A DNA stretch of 64,000 bases from Octopus sinensis (GCF_006345805.1 NC_042998.1:163432001-163496000); one strand, 5' to 3'. Shown: positions 35,709-49,602, numbered from the stretch's first letter. The notes: generated from the sequence alone by a model not told the origin. Numbers and translations: made by a program.

Positions 35709-36801
35709 TGTTGTGGTGAGAGTCATTGACACCCCCCATAGGATGGAAAGAATGGCCTAGCTGAACTCTTATAAAGAGTAGTATAATGGTTAAGATGGGT
35801 GAAGTCATAGGAGACGTTGAAAATTTTTGGGAGTTGTAGGAAGTTACTGAGATCATTGAGAGTTTGGATTTATTGGAATACCTTGATTAGTGGAGTGATT
35901 AGAAGTACGTCTATCCCTGCTCCATAAAATCTGTATACCTAACAAGTGGAACAGTTCATAGATACATTTAAAAGAGCATTAAAGAAATCGAGAAACAAGG
36001 TAGTCAATGATGCAGCCTTGACACAATTCTTGAGGGTTTATAGGATAACACCAAACCCAAATACTTGTTCAGGCAAGTCACCTGCAGAACTAATGTTTGC
36101 TCAAAAGAAAGTCAATTTTTGACAAGCTGTTACCAGTAAGAAAAACAAATAGGGAAAACACTAAAATATGACAAAGTACTTTAATATTGGTGACAAGGTG
36201 TTTTTCAAAATATATAAAAATGGAAGAGAAGTTTGAGAAGATGAAGTAGTAACAAAACAAATAGGCAAAACGACGTATATGATAAAAGGTGAAAAATGGG
36301 AACACAAAAGACATTTAAACCAGTTAAAAAATAGATATATGGAAAAAAGAAAAGAGATACCATGGAAGTATTCCATGGCACCTTTGATGTTCCAGTGCCA
36401 TAAGAAATCGAACCTAGGCATAACATCACAAGAAAGAGAAAACAAACAGAACAGTTGGAAGTAGTACCTAAGCAGAAGAAATATTAAAAACTTCTCCAGG
36501 AAGTAAATCTCAAAAAGTGAGATGTAGTGAAAAAAAAATAATATTATCTTCTTACAGAAGTCCTTCTCAAAAGGGGGAGATGTTGTGGCAACAATCATTG
36601 ACACCATTGTAGGATTTGAAGAATAGACTAGCCGGGGAGAAGTCTTAGGGGGCGTTGAGTGTTTGTGGAAGTCGTAGGAAAATGTTGAGATTGTTGAGAG
36701 TTTGTATTTATTGTTGGAGCATCATGTTTAGTGGAGTAATTTGAAGTACGTCATGTGAAGACAGTGTTTATCCCCGCTTCGTTAAATCTATATATCCAAC
36801 A
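35709..36801 (+). mobile_element. Internally deleted Ty3/Gypsy-type LTR retrotransposon relic
   Basis: TG..CA LTR-like repeats at 35709-35944 and 36581-36801; integrase tail QVEQFIDTFKRALKK...FLRVYRITPNPNTCSGKSPAELMF; polypurine tract aaaagggggaga directly before the 3' LTR. Confidence 0.85.
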
Positions 36802-36819
36802 TATAGAAGGATAAAAAAC

Positions 36820-36869
<50 letters not shown>

Positions 36870-37492
36870 GCACACACATATTTTTATGTATTTCATGTGT
36901 ATATATATATGTGTGTATGTGTGTGTGTCACATATATATCCTGCATACATCCACTTGTTTGTTTTATGATGGGTTAAAAAAATATATTATTGAGACATTG
37001 CTTTACAGCTGGATGCCCCTTCTGTTAACTTTTACATGTTTTTCAAGTAAGTGAATTTTATTCCATGTATCTTCAAGTTGCAAAGCCAGTGGGTGACTGA
37101 TTGACAAAGGAATTGACAGCAGTGTCCCTGCTCTTGGCTGTGTGACTTTTGGAGAAGTGAAAATGCAAACAAACACTCAAACACACATGCATGTATACGC
37201 CCTCCCCCCAACACACACACAAAAGTACAAACAAACAAGACGGGAAGGATCAAAATAATGATGTGTACATTTATTTTTAACATACTCCCATGCTCTTGAA
37301 TACAAACAGCTCAGCAGAATTTTGTCTCTGAAAATATTTCCTCTATAAACTTTATATATAAAAACATGTTAAGCAAGCTCCAAATAACATCAACAGACTG
37401 CAAGACAGTGTTTTAGTGTGATTTCACCTCCTCAGTTGTAGATACTACCTTGGTCATTTGATGCTACACCAGAACTTTTGTTTTTTATTCAG

Positions 37493-37573
37493 AAAACAAC
37501 TAATACACAATTGTTGATATGTGTTGAAGCTTGTCAAGCTGTATTTAATGTAGTTTGGCACATGAAGCAACAA
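37493..37573 (+). CDS. Candidate exon of an unidentified host gene (weak donor)
   Basis: Acceptor cttttgttttttattcag; only frame 0 is open: KTTNTQLLICVEACQAVFNVVWHMKQQ. Confidence 0.2.
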
Positions 37574-38019
37574 GTGGCAAAATAACTGAGGCAGTGTTAA
37601 CCATTGAAGTCAGACACCTTCTTTAATCAAGTTCTCATTGATAATTTCAAATCCCACTTAGAAAGGAAATCGGGAGTGAATAGAAGAGTAATCTCATCTA
37701 GCAAATTTGTCAAAGGATGGGTGACTGGCAAAAATGGTTTGGGTGAGTGAAACTACTCTAATAATTTTCTAATTATGAGACAACAATTGGACAAGGGCTT
37801 GGTGGACAAGGCACTCCTTGATTGGTCCTAGTTGGTGGCTCTTCTGTATCAGGAATGCATCATCCATGTATTCACATATCTTATTTACTATTCACATGTT
37901 TTTCTTATCTCTCACTTCTCCCCATCTTTTTATATACCCTCACCCTTCCCAGCATAAATTGTAGACTCTCCCCATCAGCTGCCCTTATGTCAAATAAAAT
38001 AAATTATTATTATCATTAA

Positions 38020-38520
38020 AGCAGTGAGTTGGCAGAATTGTTAGCAAACAGGGCAAAATGCTTAGTGACATTTCATCTGTCTTTACGTTATGTGTTCAAA
38101 TTCTGCCAAGGTCAGCTTTATCGTCTATCCTGTCAGGGTTGATAAAAAGAGTACAAATTGAGCACTGGAGTTGATGTAATTGACTTATCCCCTCCCCCAA
38201 TATCGCTGATCTTGTTCCAAAATTTGAATTCATTATTATTAAGGTGGTGAGCTGGCAGGATCATTAGCATGCTGGACAAAATGCTTAGCTGTATTTCACC
38301 CATCGCTACTTTCTGAGTTCAAATTCTGCCAATGTTGACTTTGCTTTTCATCCTTTTGGGGTCAATAAATTAAGTACCAGTGAAACACTGGAGTCAATAT
38401 AATTAACTAACCCCCCCCCTCTCCAATTTCAGGACTTGGGGTTGATTAAAATAAAGTACCAGTCAAGTACATGGGCCAGTGCTATCCACTTACTCCTCTA
38501 CATCAAATTTGCAGGCCTTA
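38020..38520 (+). mobile_element. Head-to-tail cluster of family B SINEs
   Basis: Heads gtgagttggcagaattgttagc (38025) and ggtgagctggcaggatcattagc (38245), each after an (att)n linker. Confidence 0.8.
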
Positions 38521-40839
38521 TGGCTATATTTAAAACAAAAATTGCTATCACTACTACTACTACAAGTAGTAATAGTATAGTAGTAGTAGTCATGATATAC
38601 AAAGAAGTATCACATTTATCCCATATTTATTTCCTTCAATCATGCAGTATAAGATATCCAATTGATTGGTTTATTATCAATAGATATCACCAAAACGCCC
38701 TAAATTTGCTCATCGTTATCAATCAGCAGTTATTTTTGCTTGTTTTGTTTCATTTTCGTTTGCTGGATTGTTTATTTATTTATCTATTTATATATTTATT
38801 TATTTATCAACGTATATACATTGACACAGAAGTTAGAAACAAATTTTTTTTCTTTTCTTTTTTTTTGATTTTGTCCTTCGGAATAATGATTGTCTTTATT
38901 AATTAACATTCCGCTGCAAACATGGAAGGAAATCAAATTTCCTGACTTGATGCTTGGTCATTACTAATGTCATTGCCATTATCATCATCATTGTTGTTGT
39001 TTCTTGTTACTGCTACTACTACTACTACTATGACTGCTGCTGCTGCTAATTTGATGGCAGTTGGTTATCACTTCGAGAAACAGATGTAACACTATCTGAT
39101 AAACTGCTATCTCATTTGACCCATAGCTACTGTGTGTAAATTTAATATCAACAATTTCTCTCTCTCTTGCTCTCTCTCTCTCTCACATACACACATGCTA
39201 TTTTATTTTTGTTTTCTTTGTTTTGTTCTTTTTTTTGTTTATATTCATTTCTTTTTCCTCTCTCCCATCTGCCCACCATCAGAGACCAATGATAACAATA
39301 TAATAAATGTTTATATAACAAAATGCCATAATTAGTTTAGTCACTTGCTAAATATCATTTTAACTGTTGCCCTAATGACCTGTGGGAAAGGCTTCCATTT
39401 CGGATCTGGTCTGGCATGGAAATCCTAGGAGACTTGTTCACCACAAGCTGGGATGACTGACTAACTATATATACACAACTGTATGTGTGTGTATTATATG
39501 GTGTGGTGAGTGTCTGTATGTGTAAGGAGGTGGAAATTGCTCAGTCACAGGAGGCTTGTACTATATAGATACTTTATGGGTATTTTAGATTAGTTACTTG
39601 CTACACAGTTCTGAGTTCAAATCCCATTGAGTATCAAAATTTGCCTTTTTGTTCCCTACAGGCTCCAGTAAGTAAGCACTATGAATTTATCGGAGTCATA
39701 TCATTCGGCGATTGTTTTGCTTTCAACTAAATCCTCTACGCTCCATTTCTCTTGTTTTGCATCCTTTGTTTCTAAAGTTTATTTTCATCATCATTATCAA
39801 CACTTAACATCTGTTTTCCATGCTGGCATGGATTGGATAGCTTGACAGGAACTGTCAAGGCCAGGGGCTTGCACCAGGTTCCATTTTCTGTTTTGGCATG
39901 GTTTCTATGACTGGATGCCCTTCCAAACACCAACTACTTTACAGAGTTTACTGGGTGTCTTTTATGTGGCACCAGTGCTTTTTATGTGGTACCTTGGTTT
40001 TAGGATCTCAATTCTCTTGTGTGGATGGGTCTTCTTGAGTACAACAATGTGCCACAAATCTTGGTTTGGTTTCTATAGCTGGTTGCCCTTCTTAATGTCA
40101 ACCACTTTACAGAGTATGCAAAAGAGGATCTCTTTAGCGAGATTCAAACCACAAATGCATCAACTGACAGCCATGTTTCCAATTACTCCATAGAACATGT
40201 ATGTGATTGTTAGGAGTGGGGAGGGTCAGATATGAGGTGGGGTTTGCAAATGAATATGTATATGTAAATAGGGAAAGACTGAAGTGCATGCATATTTGAA
40301 TACATAAATATGTGTATATATGAGGTGGTGCTGAAATGTTCCTGACTTTGGGTAAAAGAAAATACAGGAGGATCAGTTAATTTTGATTTTATTCAACATA
40401 TTCCCCTCTCAGATTCACACACTTATTGCAGTAGTCCTTCAGTTTTTCTAAGCCCTGTAAAAGAACTCTGAAGGTTGGGCCTTCACGATATCCTTAGAGC
40501 CAGGAACTTTTCAGCACTTTCTAACATGTGTGTGTTTTTCCATACACAAGTGTGTGTATGTCTATTTCTATTCAGGAATAAATATTTGTGTGTAAGTGTG
40601 TCTTTGCAATCATGAAAGTCATCATCATCATTATTTTAACATTCACTTTTCTATGTTTGCATGGATCAGATGGCATTTATTGAAGCAGATTTTCTATAGT
40701 CTGATCCCCTTCCTGTCATTAACCCTTACCTGCTTCAAGCAAGGTAATATTTCTCCATAGCCAGAAATGTTCTCAATTGTCTGACTTATTTACAACTATC
40801 ACATGATGTCAGTGTTAAGACAATGAGACATAAACATGT

Positions 40840-40870
<31 letters not shown>

Positions 40871-41024
40871 TGCACACACACATTTTATTGATCACAGGAG
40901 GACTAAAAGGCATAGACCAGGTTGGCAAGAAGACATAACTGTATACTTTCAAGTATTTGACCTTATAAGAGTATCCAGCCATAGAACTCATGCCTAAACA
41001 GACATGGAGTTTGGGTAGCACTTA

Positions 41025-41158
41025 AGCTGGCCAGTTCCTGACAAATCATCCAACTCATGCCAGCATCGAAAACATATGTTAAATGATGATGACAACTACA
41101 ACGTCATCTGTTTTCGATGCTGGCATGAGTTGGATGATTTGACAGGAACTGGCCAGCT
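41025..41158. repeat. 54-bp fold-back inverted repeat of RTE-tail sequence
   Basis: Arms at 41025-41078 and 41105-41158, 2 mismatches, 26-nt spacer. Confidence 0.9.
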
Positions 41159-41384
41159 GAAGTGCTTCCTTATGCCAACCATTTTACAGAGTGTACTGGA
41201 TGCTTTTACACAGCACTGGCACAGGTGCATTTACATGGCACTTGTATGGGTGCTTTTTACATGGTACCAGCAACCACGAGCCTGCAAGATTAGAAATGCT
41301 CAGCTGGAGAGGGATAAGGGTGACACACCTGTATGCAAGAAAAACCATGCTTTTACTTATCTTGACATGTCATCCCCTCTGTAA

Positions 41385-41480
41385 GTCTGTAGATCCTTCC
41401 TTCCATGTCTTCCTGGGTCTACCCTTTCCACATGTTTCCTCTGCAATTAGAGACTGGCATCTCTTGATGCAGTTGATGGA
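41385..41480 (-). mobile_element. Small RTE ORF2 C-terminal fragment
   Basis: CQSLIAEETCGKGRPRKTW. Confidence 0.7.
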
Positions 41481-42296
41481 AATACTTTGGACAGGCAAGG
41501 AGACAAAGACTGATGTATAATTAAATGGTACCTTTATGCTGAACTCCAAAGTTATGGGGATGTAAACAAACCAACACCAGTTGTCAAACAGTAGCAGAAA
41601 CAAGCCCATGCACACATACACGACGACGGTGGCATCCTAAATGACCATGCTTGTTTCCAGGCTTTTAGTTTGCCCTTGTTTCATATGTTGTGGTTAATAT
41701 AACTCTTTCCTTTCATAAGATCTAAGTTATTCTTGTTGTTTGAGAAAAATTGTGAATGTGTATCGCATATGATGCATGGCTGCCAGGGGAATATGTTCTG
41801 TGTATCACTCAAGATACACAGGACAGGTAAAGCGCTAAACAAATTAGTAGTGGGGTTGATTGGTTTGACTAAGCACTTCGAGGTGGTGTCCCAGCATGGC
41901 CACAGTCTAATGATGAAAACAAGTAAAAGAATATAAGAATAAAGGAAGCTATAAATAGAAATTATGGATTTACATGGAAAGTGTAATTTTCAGATATTGA
42001 CATGATGAAATGAATTGATTTCACGTCATTTTCACACCTTGTTATTCTTGAACAAGGTTAAATTTGATAATTATTTTCGTATTAGATAACTGACACATTC
42101 AGACATATACATTCAAAATAGTACACATACATGTGTGTGTGCATGGATGTGCATTCACATGCATCTAGGTTATTGTGTGATCAAGAATATCAGTTCCTCT
42201 ATTGATGGTCTAATTGCTATATTTTGTTCAGGTACATGGGCAGAGCTTGCTCTTGTGCATGCACACACACACACACACACATACAGATAGTCATCA

Positions 42297-42333
<37 letters not shown>

Positions 42334-42526
42334 CATACGCACTTGTACACAGTCACACGCACTCACATTTGTGTTTGTTTCCCCAATTAACACCTTTTCT
42401 TTAAAAATAGTTTTCTATCTGTTCACCTGTACAGCTGTAATAGTAATTAAGAAGAGAAGTTGTCGAATTCTGTGACACTGATATATTAGTTAAGTGTATT
42501 ATTAAAACATTATTATTATTATTATT

Positions 42527-43452
42527 AACGCAGTGAGCTGGCAGAATCATTAGCACGACGGGCAAAATACTTAGCGGCATTTTGTCCGCTTTACATTCTG
42601 AGTTCAAATTCCACCGAGGTCGACTTTGCCTTTCATCCTTTCAGTTAATAAAATAAGTACCAGTTGAGTACTGGGGTCGGTATAATTGATAATTCCCCTA
42701 TTCCCCAAAATTTCAGGCTTAATGCCTATAGTAGAAAGGATTATTATTATTATTATCATTATTATTAAGGTGGTGAGCTGACAGGATTGTTAGCACACCG
42801 GGTAAAATGTTTAGTGGTATCTCACCTGTCTTTGCATTCTGAGTTCAAATTCCACCGAGGTTAACTTTGCCTTACATCCTTTCAGTGTCAATGAAATAAG
42901 TACCAGTTGAATACTGGGGTTGATATAATTGACTTACCTGCTCCCCAGATATTTCAGGCCTTGTACCTATAATAGAAAGGATCATTATTATTAAGGCAGT
43001 AAAGGGTTGATGCATTTGACTTAATCACCCCTCCAAAATTCCTGGCTTTGTACTAGAATTTGAAACCATTATTGAGGTGGCAACTTGGTAGAATTGTTAG
43101 CATGTTGAACAAAATGTTTAATGGTATTTCATATGTGTTCTAAATTCAAATTCTACCGAGGTCAACTTTGCCTTTTCATCGTTTAAGGGTTAATGAAATA
43201 AGTATCAGTTGAACATTTGGGTTGATGTAATCAACTAGCCCCATTCCTTGAAATTCTAGGCCTTGTCTATAGTAGAAGGATTATTATCATTAAGGCAATG
43301 GACTGGCAGAATTGTTAGCACCTTGAACAAAATGCTTAACAGTATTTTGTGCTTTTCCAGGTTGATGAAATAAGTACTAGTCGAGCACTGGGGTTAATCT
43401 AATTGACTATCTTGATCCCCACAAAATTTCAGACCCTGAGCCTCTAGCAGAA

Positions 43453-43502
<50 letters not shown>

Positions 43503-44020
43503 CAAGGTGGTAAGCTGGCAGAATTGTTAGCACACTGGGCAAAATGCTTAGCAGTATTTCATCCATCGCACTGTTTTGAGTTCAAGTTCCACCGAGGTAG
43601 ACTTTGCCTTTCATCCTTTCGGGGTCGATTAAACAAGTACCAGTTACACACTGGGGTCAATGTAATCGCCGTAATCCCCTCACCCCCAAGCTGCCCTTGT
43701 GGCAAAAATTTGAAATCATTATTATCATTATTATTATCATTATTATTATTATTATTGCTATTATTTTTGCTATTGTTGTTGTTGTTGTTATCATTATTAA
43801 GGTGGCAAGCTGGCAAAATTGTTAGCATGCTGGACGAAATGCTTAGCAGTATTTCGCCCATCACACTGTTCTGAGTTCAAATTCCACCAAGGTCAACTTT
43901 GCCTTTCATCCTTTCACGGTCGATAAATTAAGTACCAGTGAAACACTGGGGTTGATGTAATCAACTAGTCCCCTCCCTACATATTTGAGGCCTTCTGCCT
44001 CTAGTAGAAAAGATTATTAT
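42527..44020 (+). mobile_element. Array of about six to seven family B SINEs joined by (ATT)n linkers
   Basis: Repeated heads near 42530, 42770, 43075, 43295, 43505 and 43800. Confidence 0.85.
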
Positions 44021-44049
44021 TATTATTGTTGTTGTTGTTATCATCATCA

Positions 44050-44500
44050 TTGCGTGAGAGAGAAGTGCATGCCATCAAAATGACATTGGGGTAAAATATA
44101 CAAAACCCAGTTTACCCATCATGCTTACCTGTCTGATAAGGGTGCACCAGCCACATTGCATCACAACCACATGTGCAAGACATGGTGATCTCATATCAAG
44201 ATAAACAGCTCATGACCTTTGCAAGTGGGGCCCAGATAGAATTTTCTTCAAATCAAGTAGTCCATCCTGCACAAAAGGTTCCTGAATAAGGGTTGTTAAG
44301 GATGATGAACAAGACACCTCTATTTCCATAAGTGAATTATTCAAATCCCCAAGAATTCTTTTCAACACATGGCCATATTGCTCCTTAACTACTTCTGCTC
44401 ATTATCAGAGGTGCACATATCGTTAGCCACCAAGGGACATGCTCGACTGGTTAAGGTCATGCAACTGGCAAACAAATCTGTGGTATTGAGCATAATGTTT
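44050..44500 (-). mobile_element. Interspersed repeat, probably a LINE 3' fragment ending at a trinucleotide tail
   Basis: Recognised from memory as a common repeat; abuts the (att/gtt/atc)n tract; no diagnostic protein motif. Confidence 0.3.
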
Positions 44501-45469
44501 GCTGTAGCCCATCTTTTATACCAAGACAAAACAATGAGAAGCCATCAGAGCTAGTGCCTGGTACTTTATAAGGGCAGTTATCATCATCATCATCATCATC
44601 ATCATTAAGGCTGTGAGCTAGCAGTATTATTAGCATATCAGACAAATGTTGCTAAGCATTTCTTCAACTTTGCCTTTGGAATTGATAAGATAAAATACTC
44701 GTCAAGCATCAGGGCTGACATCATTGATTAACTCACTTCACTAAAATTGCTGGCCTTGTGTCTAAATTGAAAGCAGTTATTATTGTCATCATCATTATTA
44801 TTGTGCTGATGCCACATAAAAAGCACCCAGTACACTCTGCAAAGCAGTTGGCATTAGAAGGGGAATCAAGCCGTAAGAACCATGCCAAAACAGACTACTG
44901 GAGCCTGGTGCAGCCCTCTAGCTTGCCAGCTCCTGTCAATCTATCCAACTGATGCCAGCATGGGAAAATGAACGCATGATGATGAGGATGATGGTGGTGA
45001 TGGTGATGATGATGGTGGTGTTGTTATTGTTGTTGTTGTTGTTGCTGCTGCTGCAAAGGTAACTGATTGGTAGAATCTTTAAAGCATCAGACAAAATGAC
45101 TTTGCAATATCTGTTTCTGCTTTTTATATTCTGAATTCAAATCCCTCTAATGTCAGCTTAGTCTTTTATCCTGTCAAGGTCCATAAAAGTACCAGTCAAA
45201 TACTGGGATCAATGGTATTGACTAAAACCCTCTCCCCACAAAAATTGCTGGTATTGTTGCTGTTATTATTGAAATTTAAGACACCATATTCCTTCTGTTT
45301 TAGTAATTTTCTTATGTAAAATCATCTTGAAACAAACGCTTGTCATCATCATAACCATCACCATTACCACTATGATGATTATGATCAACATCATTAGCAT
45401 CATGACTATCATTGTATCTATGAGTGTCTCTCTAAGCAGTTGCTTATCTTGTAAGAAATCCCACCGTTA

Positions 45470-45994
45470 CCCTTTAGTATTTAATCCATCTGTGGAGGTG
45501 CAATAGCCCAGTGGTTAGGGCAGCGGACTCGCGTTCGTAGGATTGTGGTTTCGATTACCAGACTGGGCATTGTGAGTGTTTCTTGAGCGAAAACACCTAA
45601 ATCTCCACAAGGCTCTGGCAAGGATCCCTGCTGTACTCTTTCACCACAACTTTCTCTCACTTTCTTCTGTTGGCCTGCTTGCTTAGCCAGTGGGGTGGCG
45701 TCATTGAAGGCTAAAACAATGTGAAGTGCATTGTGACCAGCGATGTGTAGCAAGATCTGATGGCCTGGTCGGTCACGTGATCACGTGAGTTAATCCATCC
45801 ATATCCAGCCCCAAATAATCTACTAGCTTTATGTTCAAACTGATCAGATCTGACCTTTCACATCTCCCTTACAATGTTGTTCAAAATGTGCAATCACATC
45901 ACTGAAATCTTGAAATTATGAGGTAATGTATGATTAATTCAAAACTGAAATAAATAAGCATTACATTTGACAGATGAATTTGAATGCTAAAGGG
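45470..45994 (+). mobile_element. TTAA-type MITE interrupted by a family C SINE
   Basis: Left end ccctttagtattt at 45470 and right end tgaatgctaaaggg at 45994. Confidence 0.7.
45491..45789 (+). mobile_element. Full-length SINE family C (tail type 3) with 10-bp TSD
   Basis: tRNA-like head gtggaggtgcaatagcccagtggttagggcagcggactcgc; TSD ttaatccatc at 45481-45490 and 45790-45799. Confidence 0.9.
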
Positions 45995-46129
45995 TTCATC
46001 ATCTGCAAATCCTCTAATAAGATCTTTAAAAAGAGCAAGTGATCATTGCTAAAAAACCCTCAATCATATATCTACCTAATCAGGAGTAATATAATCATCA
46101 ATATCACAATCACAGTCATCTTCATCATC

Positions 46130-46490
46130 ACCAGATGAGATGACGAAGGACCGAGATACTTGGCGCCTTGCTGTAATCAAGAAGACCTGTCCTACTCGGA
46201 AGTGTTAAGGCTGCTCCCCCTGGTGAGGAAGATTGACCTGTAAGAATCCTGTGCTCGTGCCATGTAGAAATCACTTGTGCCGGTACCATGTAAAAGCACT
46301 CATGCAGTGCCATGTTAAAAGAACCCATCACACACTGTAAAGTGGTTGGCATTAGAAAGGGCATCCAATTGTAGAAAACGAATCAAAACAGACTGGAACT
46401 TGATGCAGCTTGCCAGATCTGGTCAAACCCTCCAGCCCAGATACTAAAAGGAAAACAGATACTAAAGAATGATGATGATGATGATGAAAT
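46130..46490 (+). mobile_element. RTE 3' fragment (last codons plus tail)
   Basis: EMTKDRDTWRLAV, then the ggttggcattagaaagggcatcc core and (gat)n. Confidence 0.7.
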
Positions 46491-47264
46491 TTTGGCATAA
46501 GGCCAGTAATTTTAGTGAGAAACAACTTGTCAATTACATTGACCCCCCCCCCCCACCGCAACCTTAGTTCTCACCTGGTATTTATTTTATCAACCCTAAA
46601 TGGATGAAATGCAAAGCTGAATTCAATGGAATTTGAACTCAGAATCTAAAGAACCAGAAGAAACGTTGCTAAGCAATTTTTCTGACATGCTTGCTTACAA
46701 TTCTGCCAGTTTGCCATCATAATACTCATATTTTTGGAAACATTGCCTAAAACAACACCACCTATATTTTTGAGCCCATCAACCCCTACTCCTTAATACC
46801 ACCACCACCATCATCATCATTGCTGTTGTTATTCTTTTGGCTTTGCCTTAATTTATTCAAACTGCATTCAAGACACAACCAGAGACATCAAGGAACTAAT
46901 TATTATTATTATTATTGATATCAATGTTTTGAGTGCCCTTCAAGAAATGAAGCCTCTCCTTGGCTCTTGGAGTTCTGTTTCCAGCAATGAAACCACATGA
47001 CACCATAACTTCTGTACTATCAAATTGACAAGATCAGAGTACACCTGCCTAGACACATACACTTTTGACTATGACTAATCAACACAACAGTCAGTGTAAA
47101 CAGTGACACACTGTCAGTTGTGTGTGTTTGTATATATATATATATATATATACCTTTCATACCTCTTTCTCAGTCAATCCCTCCTCTCTTTTACAGTCTC
47201 ACTTTGCCTGTCTTATAAACACCCACAAACACACATATATTTATGTACATTTATGTATATACAT

Positions 47265-47660
47265 AGGTGCAGACATGGCTGTGTAGTAAGAAGCTTGCTT
47301 CCCTAGCACATAGTTCCAGGTTCAGTCCAATGTGTGGCACCTTGGAGAAGTGTCTTTTACTATAGCCTCAGGCTGACCAAAGCTTTGTGAGTGGGTTTGG
47401 AAGATGGAAACTGAAAGAAGCTCGTTATGTGTATGTATTTTTGTGTCTGTGTTTGTTACACCACTGCTTGATGACTGGTGTTGGTGTGTTTACATCCCTG
47501 TAGATTAGTGGTTCAGCAAAAAAGATGACCACTCGAATAAGTATCAATCTTGAAAAATCATAATTACTGGGGTCAATTTATTCAACTAAAAATTAATCAA
47601 GGCAGTGTCCCAGCATGGCCACAGTCTCATGATGTGAAACAAGTTGAGGATAAAGGATAA
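47265..47660 (+). mobile_element. SINE family A
   Basis: ggctgtgtagtaagaagcttgcttccc...cagcatggccacagtc. Confidence 0.8.
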
Positions 47661-48041
47661 ATATATATTGATCATCATCATCATCATTTAATGTTCACTT
47701 TACCAAGCTTGTATGTGTCAGGTAGAATTTGATGAGGCAGATTTTCCACAGCTGGATGCCCTTCCTGTTACAAATCCTCACCTGGAAATATTTCCACCTG
47801 ACCAGACATGTTTTTCCATGGAAGATTAGAAATAGACAATACCACTTGTATGGTGGTGATGCTCATTTACAACCGTCATGTGAAGTCAAGACAAGGGTGC
47901 ATACAAACATACAAGAAGCTGTATTACCAAGGTAGTCACGTTGCTAGAGAGAACACAATACAAGCAGTATGTAGAGTATAGAGAATTATTATTGTTTATT
48001 CCTACAACTTGCAAAATGTTTCAGCTCCATACCATGACATA

Positions 48042-49205
48042 TGAGGGTGGACTGAGAGTTCCTATGTTGACTGCAGAAGTGATGCTTGATGTGTGAAATC
48101 TTGCATGTATTAATTTCAATTCTTCTTATTCATAATTCCATTGTTTCTTTCCATGTAAACTGACTTCTGACTGTTCATAGAAGATTTCAACAGTAATTAG
48201 TAGTGACTTCTCTTGAAAATTGATAAAATATGGCTTTGTGGTGTTATCAAGTACCTGCAGAAAAAAGGGTTTAACCCTCAAGGACATTCATGCTACATCA
48301 GGGAATGATGCTTCAGCTTTATCAACAGTGCTAAAGTGGGCAACTGAATTTAGGAGGGAAGGCATGTCTAGAATATGGCCTAATGTTTGGATGTCCTGCA
48401 ACCACCACTACCACCACCGAAGGAAACGTTAGTCATTTTCACCACATGGTGATGGACAACAGGTAGTTGACTATAAATCAAATGGCCATTGCTATTAGCA
48501 TATCCCATGAGAGAGTTGAGCATATTCTGCACAATGAACTGCTGGTTTCCTTGAATGTTTCCTAGCCCAAGATTAGTATTGGGTTCAAGATTAGTATTGG
48601 GTTCATTGAGCCAAAGAGATTATCCATGCAGAGGAAACACCCTTCTTCACCTGCTCCAAAGAAGGTCAATGTCCTTTCATCTGCAGGGAAGGTGATGGCC
48701 TGGAGTTTTTGGGATTCAAAAGGCATTGTGTTGTTTGACTATCAAAAGAGTACCCCATCAATGGAGAGTACTATGCTAATTTGCTGAGGCAGTTACGAAA
48801 AGGTGTCAAGAAAAATCAACTAGGAAAACTGACAAAAGGGGTCTTGTTTCATTAGGACAATGCTCTGGCACACAAGTCTTTGCTTTCAATTGCTGCTGTG
48901 TATGACTGTGGCTTTGAACTGGTTGATCACCCTTCTTTTTCTCTTGATTTGGCTCCATTTGACTATCATCTGTTCCCCATGATGAAAAAACGCTTGACTG
49001 AGAACCAGTTTTGCAGTGATGCTGACATCATATCTCCTGCTGATGACCTTTTTGAGCAACAGGATGAAAGCTTTTTCACCAATGGGATCCAAGCACTGCA
49101 ACACTGATGGAGTAAGTGTGTGAGCTGCAAGGGGTATTATGTTGAAAAATGAAGCTCATTTGGTCACATTTCATGTCAGCCATTGAACTTTTCAGCTGAC
49201 CCTCG
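48042..49205 (+). mobile_element. Full-length decayed mariner (DD34D)
   Basis: Imperfect TIRs tgagggtggactgagagttc / gaacttttcagctgaccctcg; VIKYLQKKGL, HQDNA-like and HPSFSLDLAPFDYHLF motifs; 34 residues between the last two Asp; multiple stops and frameshifts. Confidence 0.92.
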
Positions 49206-49547
49206 AAAGAATACACATGCATACACACACACACACACACACACATGACAGACATATAGCAAGTTTGTCATGTCTAGTTGAGGACATGTGACCATTTCTA
49301 GTTCAGTGCCATAACAAAATGTACTCAGTAAACTCTGTAAGTGGTTGGTTTTTGGAAGAGCATCTACATAGTCCTGATCCATCTAAAAGAAGCATACTTT
49401 GAATAAGAACAGCAATGAGCCACTCTACTCTTTTATCTTCCATCTTTGTCAAAGGTCGGAGCATGAAACCAGTTTGTGCCACAGCTGCATAGGTCATCTT
49501 TTAACGGTGTATCTTTAGGGTTTCGTTTTTTGGTTTTTTCCTGCCAG

Positions 49548-49602
49548 TTGGTAACCATATCATTGCAGTTCTTGCTGGAATATTTCCCCCCATTCATAGA
49601 AT
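49548..49602 (+). CDS. Candidate exon of an unidentified host gene (weak donor)
   Basis: Strong acceptor tttcgttttttggttttttcctgccag; phase 1 reading GNHIIAVLAGIFPPIHR. Confidence 0.25.

Noticed and set aside
45492-45570. tRNA genes at SINE heads (also near 10080-10155 and 61014-61090)
   Set aside because: A/B boxes are present, but there is no complete cloverleaf and each continues into a SINE body, with TSDs in two cases.
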